Shown piece by piece: positions 16,923 to 25,687 of a DNA stretch of 38,542 nucleotides. Position 1 is the first letter of the stretch. Every line of letters begins with the position of its first letter. The DNA lies in NCBI GenBank assembly GCA_019235445.1, contig JAFAKL010000056.1, forward strand, positions 1 through 38,542. The letters are read 5' to 3'. The translations under genes were made by a program, and so were the position numbers. The stretch is from Verrucomicrobiota bacterium (GTDB lineage Bacteria; Verrucomicrobiota; Verrucomicrobiia; Chthoniobacterales; JAFAMB01). The notes beneath the pieces were generated by a model. That model was not told the DNA's origin and made no database searches. It saw only the letters and a program-made list of their open reading frames with translations.

Positions 16923-17343
16923 TGGCTGACCAGGAAAGATCTCCTGCGGGAGAGGAATAAACCGGCGGCAAAACTAGTAGGAAAGGATAGTATGAAAGTC
17001 ATCAACGCTGGATCAGCGCGGCGCAGGGTCTACGTGCGCCAAAGGAGCGTTGCCACAAGAAAGGCGAAGCCGTGATTCAAGCCTTTGCCGTAATTTACCT
17101 TGTCACATCCGAACTATGGGTCCTAGGCCTGTGCTGAGGCTCGTTTACGATATGCCCAAGACGCGCTCGGGCAAAATCATGCGCCGGGTGCTGACCTTCA
17201 TCTCCAACACCATGGAAATTGGCGATCTCACTACGCTTGCCAACCCCGAGATCGTCGAGCAAATCCGTATGATGGTGCAGGGCGAGGCAAAGCTGGCAAC
17301 CAAGGCCGGCCCCGAAGACTTCAGGAGTTTCGGCCAGGAATGA
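16923..17343 (+). pseudogene. acs: Decayed 3' remnant of acetyl-CoA synthetase (AMP-forming, Acs)
   Basis: The last ~75 codons are clean Acs C-terminus: GPRPVLRLVYDMPKTRSGKIMRRVLTFISN..GDLTTLANPEIVEQI, matching the Acs signature LPKTRSGKIMRR...GDTSTLADP. Upstream pieces appear only after frame changes: GKDSMKVINAGSARR (cf. GRxDDVINVSGHR) and HKKGEAVIQAFAVI (cf. KGEAIxAFVVL). No N-terminal adenylation domain is present. The 5' boundary is approximate. Confidence 0.75.
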
Positions 17344-17520
17344 CCGGTCGCGGCGTCGCGGAGCGAGTCTACCGGCAGGCCGAGAAAAATCAGTTGGAGC
17401 CAGGAGGCAGTTGAAGTTAAATTCCGGGCAACCGGGTAAGTAATCCAATGCTGCCAACCGCGCACAATTCAGGGTAATCAGGAAAGTAACGCCGCCAGTA
17501 CGCTAGGTTCGGTTCAAAGC

Positions 17521-20256
17521 ATGAAAGGGCACGCCAGCCACCGCCTCGTGACCGCGGAGAATATCCTCCGGCCAAAACGACCATTGATGGATGCGATCTT
17601 GGCCCCGTCGTCAATCGCCCTCGTGGGAGCAAACGAAATCCCTGGAAGCGTCGGACAAAAACTGATGGCGAGCCTGCGGCCGTTTCGAGGACGGCTTTAT
17701 CCAGTCAATCCGAGTGGGACTACTGTTTGTGGAATTGCTAGCTTCCCGACGATCACGGCCATTGGCCAGAAAATCGATCTCGCCGTTATTGTAACGCCCG
17801 CTCGATCGGTGCCAGAGATCGTGCGCGAATGTTCGGAGACCGGGGTCGGGGGAGCGATCATTATTTCGGCGGGCTTCAAGGAATGCGGTCCGGAGGGAGC
17901 AGAACTGGAAACGCAGATCGCAGAGAACCGCGGAACGATGCGGGTACTCGGCCCCAATTGTCTCGGTGTGATGGTGCCGCGAAACAAATTGAATGCGACC
18001 ATCTTTGCCAAAAGCCCAAGCGCGGAAGGGAGCGTCGCTTTTTTGAGCCAGAGCGGGGCATTGTGTTCCTCTATTCTGGATTGGAGCCATAGCGAAAAAG
18101 TAGGATTCAGTGCCTTTGTCTCGACCGGCTCGATGGTTGATGTGAGCTGGGGTGACCTCATCGATTACCTTGCAGATGATCCGCAAACGCGGAGCATCCT
18201 GATCTACATGGAAGCAATCGGTGATGCGCGGTCCTTTATTTCAGCAGCTCGCGAGGTCGCTCTTTCCAAACCGATCATTGTTCTCAAAGTGGGCCGGACC
18301 GCAGGGGCCGCCCAAGCCGTAATCTCCCATACCGGTTCGCTCGCAGGTAGCGATGAAGCGCTGGATGCCGCCTTTCGACGTGCCGGGATTCTGCGCGTCG
18401 ACACGGTCGACGAGCTTTTTGGTCTCGCCGAAGTGCTCGCCAAGCAACCCCGCCCACGCGGAGGGCGCCTGGCCATTATAACAAATGGCGGCGGCCCCGG
18501 TGCTCTGGCTGCCGACGCCCTGACTCGCGCCGACGGCGAGCTCGCCAAGCTATCGGAAAACAGTTTTGAAAAGCTCAATTTGCTGCTCCCGCCGTTCTGG
18601 AGCAAGAACAACCCGGTCGACCTCCTTGGAGATGCTGCACCGGCCCGGTTTGAGAAGGCAGTCGAAATTCTTAGCTGCGATTCCCACAACGACGGGGTGC
18701 TTGTGATTCTGACTCCCCAGGTCATGACCGACGCGACCCAGACGGCAGACTGTTTAAAGCGTTGGGCAACTCTGGAAGGTAAACCGATCCTGGCTTCTTG
18801 GATGGGAGGCAAAGAGGTGGCCGACGGCGAGCGGATCCTGCGTGAAGCAGGTATTCCAACATTCCGTTATCCTGATTCCGCGGCTCAAGCATTTTGCGCA
18901 ATGTGGCAGTACGGTCGAAACCTGCGATCGCTTTATGAAACGCCTTCGCTTTTGGTCGAGGCGACACATGCAGCGGCCAAGAAGCGCGTGGAGGGATTGA
19001 TTAAGGCAATCTACGCAGCCGGTCGGACACTACTAACCGAGGTCGAGTCCAAGGCTGTTCTGGAGGCATACGAAATCCCTACCCTGCCGACTGGTGTTGC
19101 TACCAACGAAGAAGAAGCGGTCCAACTAGCCGCGAAATTTGGCGTTCCGGTGGTACTGAAGGTCTTTTCCGAGACGATAACCCATAAGACGGAGGTTGGC
19201 GGTGTTCAGCTCGATCTCCGTGACAGTGAAGCAGTCCGGCGCGCCTACCGGCTAATTGAACAGTCGATTGGCGATAAATGTGGTTCGGATGCGTTCCAGG
19301 GCGTGACCATCGCACCGATGGTTCAGGCAGACGGCTATGAGATCATTCTTGGCAGCGCGGCAGATCCACAGCTCGGTCCGGTTGTTGTTTTCGGGGCGGG
19401 GGGACAGCTCGTCGACATCGTCAAGGATCGCGCGCTCGGCCTGCCGCCACTCAATGCCACGCTGGCCAAGCGATTGATCGAACAGTGCCGCGTTTCAAAG
19501 GCGCTGGAAGGGGTTCGTGGAAGAAGACCGGTTGATCTTGAGGCGCTGGAAGCTATACTAATCCGTTTTAGCCACTTGGTGGCCGAACAGCGTAGGATCA
19601 AGGAGATCGATATCAATCCGCTTTTCGTTTCCCCCGATCGGATCGTAACAATGGACGCCCGATTTGTTTTGCACAGTCCAGAACTCTTGGAGAGCGAGAT
19701 TCCGAAGCTTGCCATTCGACCCTACCCGACTAACTACGTAAGTCGGTGGAAGCTGGCGGACGGCACTCTCGTGACCCTCCGTCCGATCTGTCCGGAGGAC
19801 GAACCGTTAATGGTGGATTTTCACCGTACTCTCTCGGAACGAGCCGTCTATTATCGCTATTTCGGCTTCTTGAAACTGGACTATCGAATCGCGCATGAGC
19901 GCTTAACGCGGATCTGCTTCAATGATTACGACCGCGAAATCGCTTTGGTTGTGGAACCAACGAGCCCAGAAAGGGATCGACGAGAGATCGTTGGCATCGG
20001 ACGCCTGATCAAGACACACACGTTAGACGAAGCCGAGTTCGCGATCGTAATCAGTGATCAGTGGCAAGGCAGAGGGCTGGGCAGCGAACTGCTGAAGCGG
20101 CTGGTTCAAATCGGCAAACAAGAAGGACTCAGCCGCATCACGGCGGATATCATCCCTGATAATCTATCAATGCAACGCGTAAGCAAGAAGTTGGGGTTCG
20201 CAGTCCACTACGACGCCGAGGCGGGAGATTGCAAAGCGGTCATCTCGTTACGCTGA
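17521..20256 (+). CDS. pat: Pat-type protein lysine acetyltransferase (NDP-forming acyl-CoA synthetase-like domains fused to a C-terminal GNAT)
   Basis: - CoA-binding N-terminus ([19 protein letters not shown]...YPVNP).
- Succinyl-CoA-synthetase-like region ([15 protein letters not shown]).
- ATP-grasp region ([23 protein letters not shown]).
- C-terminal GNAT acetyl-CoA motif ([23 protein letters not shown]).

The ~900-aa length is typical of Pat/YfiQ. ATG 17587 (MDAILAPSS) is an alternative start. Confidence 0.88.
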
Positions 20257-20325
20257 TATCGGTAAGCGCCATATTATCCGCATCCAGTCGTCGCACAGCT
20301 TTTTTGCTGGTCCCCACTAACTCAG

Positions 20326-21117
20326 CTAGAGCTTGTCCGCATGGTCGACCAGCGTTCTGTAACGGTGCAAAATCTGTTTTATGCTGAAGGCGATCGCCGA
20401 GATTTGATGGTCAAACGGCACACGTCTGGGGGTGGAGATTATTATGCTGAAGGATCCCGGTCGCAACTGGCCAATGCTGAAGAGAGAATGCCTGCTATTC
20501 TCCGGCGGTGGCAAAATCTGGACCGGCTCGCGTGCCAACGGGACGAGTTTTTGGACGATATCGAGAGCGGGCCAAAGGACTTCAGCTGCGATGACTCGGC
20601 TCGAAACCTTAAACTGAAAACCCGATATCGCCTCATTTCCCTCGGCGGCAATTACTCCGTCCAACTGGTTCCCAGCGAGCTCCTGCTCGAAATATCGAAT
20701 CGTCGGATCGGGCACAGGCGCATCCGCCCAGAAGTCAGCTGCGAAATCTGGAGGACGACCGGAAATCCGAACGGGATTGGCGACCGGGTAACCAAAAAGA
20801 GCAAAATCCTGCGCCAAAAGCGGGGCTAACTCTAATTCCACCAGGAGCTTAACGATGGCGTCGGTGCTGACCAGATCTTCGGGCTTAATACCGCCGAGCA
20901 GCGCGAGTCTGATCGGAACACTCCTACCTCGCGGACCAATAAAGACATAGCTTGGAATAAGGTGTCCCTCGACGGTAAAGCTTCGCCATGTTGCCAGACA
21001 GGCCGATTCTTCCACGAGCAGATCGAGCGGCTCCCAGATTTCGTGTCCTGCATCAGCATTGGGCGGCGTACGGGATGAGACCTCCTGGCAGGCCGAGACA
21101 GACAGAGCTGTGTTCAT
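20326..21117 (-). CDS. Hypothetical protein with weak M14 carboxypeptidase / succinylglutamate desuccinylase (AstE/AspA)-like pattern; metal ligands not evident
   Basis: AAGGAG lies 7 nt upstream of ATG 21117. The segment PIRLALLGGIKPEDLVSTDAIVKLLVELE...FALFGYPVANPV resembles the G-x-HG-x-E...NP layout of M14/AstE proteins, but has KPED where HxxE is expected. Confidence 0.5.
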   Translation of the reverse strand: MNTALSVSACQEVSSRTPPNADAGHEIWEPLDLLVEESACLATWRSFTVEGHLIPSYVFIGPRGRSVPIRLALLGGIKPEDLVSTDAIVKLLVELELAPLLAQDFALFGYPVANPVRISGRPPDFAADFWADAPVPDPTIRYFEQELAGNQLDGVIAAEGNEAISGFQFKVSSRVIAAEVLWPALDIVQKLVPLAREPVQILPPPENSRHSLFSIGQLRPGSFSIIISTPRRVPFDHQISAIAFSIKQILHRYRTLVDHADKL

Positions 21118-21476
21118 GAACAATCTCCTTTATGCTTACTTCATTGTGGAATTCTGGTATTTGCGAAACGCTTTCAACCCCGCCCGACTGCGGTGAAGAT
21201 GCCCTCCAAGCCTAGGCGAGATAAGAAGCAGGGTAACACAAGGAACATTAATGTCTACTGAAATAATATAGATTTACGTTCCAATCTTTAGCCGTAATAC
21301 GCGAGCAACCCGAGGCTGATATCAGAATGCTCTTCAGCGTTCTCCAAACATCACGACCCGGACAGCTATGCGGATTCCCAAAATCTGGTTGATATGCGCA
21401 ACAGTTCTGAGAATCTCAGGAAGATTTTCGCTGGTGATTGGCAATTCATTTATTTGCGGGATAGAATCTCTTCACC

Positions 21477-23138
21477 ATGAACGAGCCACTGGATCCGGCC
21501 CTTGCCAAGAGTGAACGCGTGGGGACTGGGAGAGAAGAACTTTCCCGCAGGACGGAGGATAAGCTTTATCTTGCCCTTAGCTCGGCAGGCATGGGTTCGT
21601 GGGATTGGGATCCGCTCGCTGATTCCATGGCTTGGGACGAGCGGATGCACGCACTCTTTGGACTTGCTCCCTCAGCCTTCAGCGGGCGTTACGAACAGTT
21701 CCTTGAGAGGATTCATGCGGAGGACCGGCAGCAAGTAGCCAAAGAATTTGTCCGGGCACTTGAAAGGTGTTCAGAGTATGAGGGAGCATTCCGCGTGGTC
21801 TGGCCAACCGACGGCAGTGTTCACACACTCAAGGCGAGATCAAAAGTATATTGTAATGAGCAGGGAAAGCCGACCCGCGTGACCGGCGTCTCCTGGGATG
21901 TGAGTGAGCGCTCCCAAATGGAGCATGCTCTGGCACGAGAGCGCTTTCTCCTAAAGACGCTGATGGATAATCTGCCTGATCACATCTACTTCAAGGACAG
22001 GGAGAGCCGCTTTATTGCAGTAAATCGCGCCATGGCAGACTTGTTCGGCCTCCAAGATCCAGCAGACGTGCTCGGCAAGACCGATGCCGATTTGTTCGCT
22101 CCCGAGCATGCCCAGGCTGCGCTCCGCGATGAACAGGAGATTCTGCGTACGGGACAGCCTCTGGTGAACATAGAGGAAAAGGAGACCTGGCCCAATGGGC
22201 GTAAGACATGGGTTTCCACGACAAAGTTGCCGCTGCGAGGTCCCAACGGACACGTCATCGGCACCTTTGGCCTCTCGCGCGACATCACGGAGAAGAAGCG
22301 AGCTGAAGAAAAGCTCGTCGCGCTCGCAAGAGAATTGCGCGAAAAGAATGAAGCCCTTGAAGAGGATCTGGAAATGGCCCGGGAACTTCAGCAAGCCATG
22401 CTGCCGCACCGCTATCCTCTCTTCCCGTATCATGTTTCCAAGGAAGAGAGCGCAGTACGCTTCTACCATTTTTACCAGCCCTCAATGAGCGTGAGTGGCG
22501 ACTTTTTCGAAGTCTTAAAACTCTCTGATACCAGTGCAGGGATCTTTATCTGCGACGTGATGGGCCATGGGGTCCGTGCGGCTCTTGTGGCCTCCACCGT
22601 TAGTGCTCTGGTGGGTCAACTCCAAGATCAGTTGGGAAATCCGGGCGAGTTCCTTTCCCGGCTCAATCGGGCAATGCGCTCAACATTGGAATTTAGTGAG
22701 GTCCCGCTCTTTGCTTCGGCCTTTTACCTGCTCGCGGATTTGGAGAAAGGCGAACTGCGCTACGCGAACGCTGGACATCCTAATCCTTTGCGCGTCCATT
22801 ACACAAAAGATCGCGCTGATACGTATCCTCTGAACGGCAGCAAGCATGGGCCGGCGCTCGGTCTTTTCGATGGCGCGCTTTATCTCAACAATCATTGCGA
22901 ACTCTCGCCGCGCGATACGCTGCTTTTCTTTACCGATGGATTATTTGAAGTGGAGGGACCGGGCGGAGACATCTATGACTATCGGCGCCTGCTAGAAGCT
23001 GTGAATAGGCGCTGCGATTTGCCCGCTTTTCAACTTTGTCATGAGGTCATCGAAGAGGTGCAGCAATTCTCGGCGGGCAAACACTTTAGCGATGATGTTT
23101 GCCTCGTGGCAATGGAAGTTGGCCCAATGGACATCTAG
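21477..23138 (+). CDS. PAS-PAS sensor fused to a PP2C-type (SpoIIE/RsbU-like) serine phosphatase
   Basis: Two PAS-like blocks are present (GSWDWDPLADSMAWDERMHALFG...; LMDNLPDHIYFKDRESRFIAVNRAMADLFG...GLSRDITEKKRAEE). The SpoIIE motifs are VSGDFFEV, IFICDVMGHGVRAALVAS and FFTDGLFE. Confidence 0.9.
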   Translation: MNEPLDPALAKSERVGTGREELSRRTEDKLYLALSSAGMGSWDWDPLADSMAWDERMHALFGLAPSAFSGRYEQFLERIHAEDRQQVAKEFVRALERCSEYEGAFRVVWPTDGSVHTLKARSKVYCNEQGKPTRVTGVSWDVSERSQMEHALARERFLLKTLMDNLPDHIYFKDRESRFIAVNRAMADLFGLQDPADVLGKTDADLFAPEHAQAALRDEQEILRTGQPLVNIEEKETWPNGRKTWVSTTKLPLRGPNGHVIGTFGLSRDITEKKRAEEKLVALARELREKNEALEEDLEMARELQQAMLPHRYPLFPYHVSKEESAVRFYHFYQPSMSVSGDFFEVLKLSDTSAGIFICDVMGHGVRAALVASTVSALVGQLQDQLGNPGEFLSRLNRAMRSTLEFSEVPLFASAFYLLADLEKGELRYANAGHPNPLRVHYTKDRADTYPLNGSKHGPALGLFDGALYLNNHCELSPRDTLLFFTDGLFEVEGPGGDIYDYRRLLEAVNRRCDLPAFQLCHEVIEEVQQFSAGKHFSDDVCLVAMEVGPMDI

Positions 23139-23329
23139 TGTACTGGTTATGTTATTTCGGCGACCGCACACTAGTACTAGTAGTGTCCCGTCCTTAGGAA
23201 TCGGGAACGCTTAGGCCCTGTCCCGAGCTCTTGGCTCTTTGGATAAAAACTTGGTTACAGAATCCTTTTTTTCCGGAGATATTCCGCCACATCGCTAACG
23301 AAGCGGTCAACCGACACCGAATCAGTCAC

Positions 23330-24238
23330 ATGAATAAGACCATGAGGGCTACCGTGCGGCCGCGCCGCAGCGTACTTTACATGCCGGGTTCGAACGCCCG
23401 GGCGCTCGATAAAGCCCGCTCTCTGCCCGCCGACGGGTTGATTCTCGATCTTGAGGACGCGGTAGCCCCGGATAAGAAGGCAACGGGGCGCGAACAGATC
23501 GCCGCGACCTTGAAGCAGAGTGGATATGGAGGGCGCGAGCTCATTGTGCGAATCAACGGGCTCGACACGCCGTGGGGCGCCGACGATCTGGCCATGGTAG
23601 CCAGGTCTGCAGCAAACGCCATCCTCATCCCGAAGGTTGAGAGTGCGAAGATGGTGCAGGAGGCTGAAGAACTCCTCGCCGCCGCTTCCGCTTCTACTTC
23701 GCTATCGATTTGGTGCATGATGGAGACTCCGCTTGGCATACTCCACGCCGAAGAAATTGCCGCAAGCTCCGGGCGCGTCGAGTGTCTGGTGATGGGTACT
23801 TCTGATCTCGCCAACGATCTTCACGCAGCACATACCCGCGAGCGCACGCCGATGATGACGAGTCTCGGGCTTTGCCTGCTTGTCGCACGCGCCTTTGGGC
23901 TCGCGATCCTCGACGGCGTACATCTCGACCTCGCGGACGACGACGGCTTCGCGCATTCGTGCGCGCAGGGGAAAGAGCTCGGCTTCGATGGCAAGACGCT
24001 CATCCACCCCAAGACGATCGCCAAAGCCAACGAGGTCTTCGCACCTCCCCCCGAAGAGGTTGCCTGGTCGCGCAAGATCATCGCGGCTCACGCCGAGGCC
24101 TTACGGGCTGGCAAGGGCGCCATCCTCGTCGACGGCAAACTCATCGAGAATCTCCACGTCGAGAGTGCGAACCGGCAGGTCGCCCTGGCCGACGCGATCA
24201 AGGCGCTCGAGGCGGTTGCGCCGTCGAGTCCAAGGTAG
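23330..24238 (+). CDS. HpcH/HpaI aldolase / citrate lyase beta-subunit (CitE)-like acyl-CoA lyase
   Basis: RRSVLYMPGSNARALDKARSLPADGLILDLEDAVAPDKK, ILIPKVESAKMV and GFDGKTLIHPKTI are typical of CitE/malyl-CoA lyase-like proteins. The listed ORF start at 23231 is an upstream extension; ATG 23330 was chosen. Confidence 0.85.
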   Translation: MNKTMRATVRPRRSVLYMPGSNARALDKARSLPADGLILDLEDAVAPDKKATGREQIAATLKQSGYGGRELIVRINGLDTPWGADDLAMVARSAANAILIPKVESAKMVQEAEELLAAASASTSLSIWCMMETPLGILHAEEIAASSGRVECLVMGTSDLANDLHAAHTRERTPMMTSLGLCLLVARAFGLAILDGVHLDLADDDGFAHSCAQGKELGFDGKTLIHPKTIAKANEVFAPPPEEVAWSRKIIAAHAEALRAGKGAILVDGKLIENLHVESANRQVALADAIKALEAVAPSSPR

Positions 24239-24337
24239 CAGGCTGCCGTCTTGCGCAGGATGTGGCGTCCGACGCGGGCAAAGCAGCCAATGATCGCTGT
24301 TTCGAAGTGTCGATTATTTTAAGAATAGGGCGCGGCG

Positions 24338-24399
24338 GTTTGCAAACACGCACGTGCCTATCGGAATCCAAATCCGGATTTGCAACATCTGCAAGTTGC
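24338..24399. promoter_or_regulatory. Cluster of short perfect palindromes upstream of the quinone oxidoreductase gene (candidate operator region)
   Basis: The cluster comprises GTTTGCAAAC (24338-24347), GCACGTGC (24350-24357), AATCCGGATT (24371-24380), TTGCAacatcTGCAA (24380-24394) and GCAAC/GTTGC (24382-24399). It lies in a 278-nt non-coding gap. Confidence 0.3.
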
Positions 24400-24516
24400 G
24401 ACAACGGTTCTGACCACCTCCGACCGAAACCAGGCGCTCTGTTCGACGACCTCCCCTTGCTCATCGCCCGGGGCGCGGTCGTGGACAATCCCGAGCCCTG
24501 GCAGTACTGTGGGGGG

Positions 24517-25515
24517 ATGCGTGCATGGTTGATGGATTCGTACAAGGGCGTAGAGGAGCTGCGGTTGGACGAGGTTCCGGACCCACAGCCCGGTCCCGGG
24601 CAGGCGCTGTTGCAAATGAAATTCGCGGCGCTGAACCCGGCTGACGCCTTTTTGGCCCAGGGCATGTATCCGGCCAAGCCACCGCTGCCGCACATTCTCG
24701 GCCGCGACGGTGTGGGTAAAGTCATCGCCGTCGGACCAGGTGTCGAAAACGTCAAGGTTGGCGACACGGTCGGCATTCTATGTTGTGATGCGGGAGTCCA
24801 GGTCTGGGGTACTTTAGCTGAAAAAGCCGTGATTCCCGCGCCGAGCCTTACTGCGGTTCCGGAAGCCTGGTCCCTGGAAGAGACTGCCGGCGCTCCTCTG
24901 GTTTTTCTGACGGCTTGGCAGGCGCTCACGCAGTGGAGCGATCCGGCGTCGCCGCCTCGCGAGGGTTCCGTGGTGCTGGTGACCGGAGCGTCGGGAGGCG
25001 TGGGCGTCGCCTCGGTGTTGCTGGGAAAGTCGATGGGGCTGGTTGTGGTGGCGTTATCCCGCAGCGCCGAGAAGGGCGCCAAGTTGAAGCAACTCGGAGC
25101 CGACTTTGTCCTTAGCCCGGAGACAGCCAACCTGCGCAAGGCCGTTTCCACAGCTATCGCCCCGAAGAAAATAGACCTCGTGGTCGACAGTGTCGCCGGC
25201 CCCGCGTTCAACGACCTCATCGCCATGCTCGGCTACGGTGGCCGGATCAGCGTGGTCGGAAGGAGCAGCGGCACGGTGCCGGAATTCAATACCGCTACGC
25301 TCTTCTTTCGGCGGAATAGGATTGGCGGCGTCGCCGTCGCGGACTGCACACCGGACTCGGCCCAGGCGGTCTGGAAAGAGATCGTCCGGCGGCTTGACGC
25401 GCTGGGCAAACGCCCGGTGGTCGACAGGATACTGCCCTTTGGCGAAGTTAAAGCCGCGTTCGCGCGATTGGCTGAGGGACCGATGGGGAAAGTGCTGGTG
25501 GGCATCCCGAGCTAG
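24517..25515 (+). CDS. NADPH:quinone oxidoreductase / zeta-crystallin-like MDR dehydrogenase
   Basis: MRAWLMDSYKGVEELRLDEVPDPQPGPGQALLQMKFAALNPADAF, GRDGVGKVIAVGPGV and the Rossmann motif VLVTGASGGVGVASVLLGK are present. The listed 547-aa ORF is an Arg/Pro-rich 5' extension through the CitE gene. Confidence 0.85.
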   Translation: MRAWLMDSYKGVEELRLDEVPDPQPGPGQALLQMKFAALNPADAFLAQGMYPAKPPLPHILGRDGVGKVIAVGPGVENVKVGDTVGILCCDAGVQVWGTLAEKAVIPAPSLTAVPEAWSLEETAGAPLVFLTAWQALTQWSDPASPPREGSVVLVTGASGGVGVASVLLGKSMGLVVVALSRSAEKGAKLKQLGADFVLSPETANLRKAVSTAIAPKKIDLVVDSVAGPAFNDLIAMLGYGGRISVVGRSSGTVPEFNTATLFFRRNRIGGVAVADCTPDSAQAVWKEIVRRLDALGKRPVVDRILPFGEVKAAFARLAEGPMGKVLVGIPS

Positions 25516-25687
25516 GCCCAGGAACTGGCTCATTCCGGTTGAGCGACTAGTGCACCGTCTCACAGATAGGGGTGAGAGACCTCAAACAAATAAACCTTCG
25601 CCGGCGCCGGAATCTCTTCGATATCCTTCTTTGGGCCTTTTTCCGTGACATCACGATCAAAGCTCCTAGAATGAAGTCTCCCCCACC

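Noticed and set aside
17116-17343. Calling the intact tail of the Acs remnant as a functional CDS
   Set aside because: It corresponds to only a C-terminal subdomain fragment of a ~650-aa enzyme, and the upstream homologous sequence is frameshifted. It is treated as part of the pseudogene, and possible expression is left as a question.
23872-24516. 5' part of the 547-aa ORF running through the CitE-like gene
   Set aside because: It translates as RRRR/PRG low-complexity sequence in an alternative frame of a well-supported gene. Quinone-oxidoreductase similarity starts at ATG 24517.
24198-25226. 342-aa minus-strand ORF antisense to the quinone oxidoreductase. The same class includes 2235-3080(-), 5383-6129(-), 9245-10249(-), 18204-18812(-), 29864-30526(-) and 35400-36203(+).
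   Set aside because: Each lies antisense to, or out of frame within, a gene that has clear family motifs. Their translations are Ser/Arg/Pro/Ala-rich with no motifs. These are the expected shadow ORFs of GC-rich DNA.
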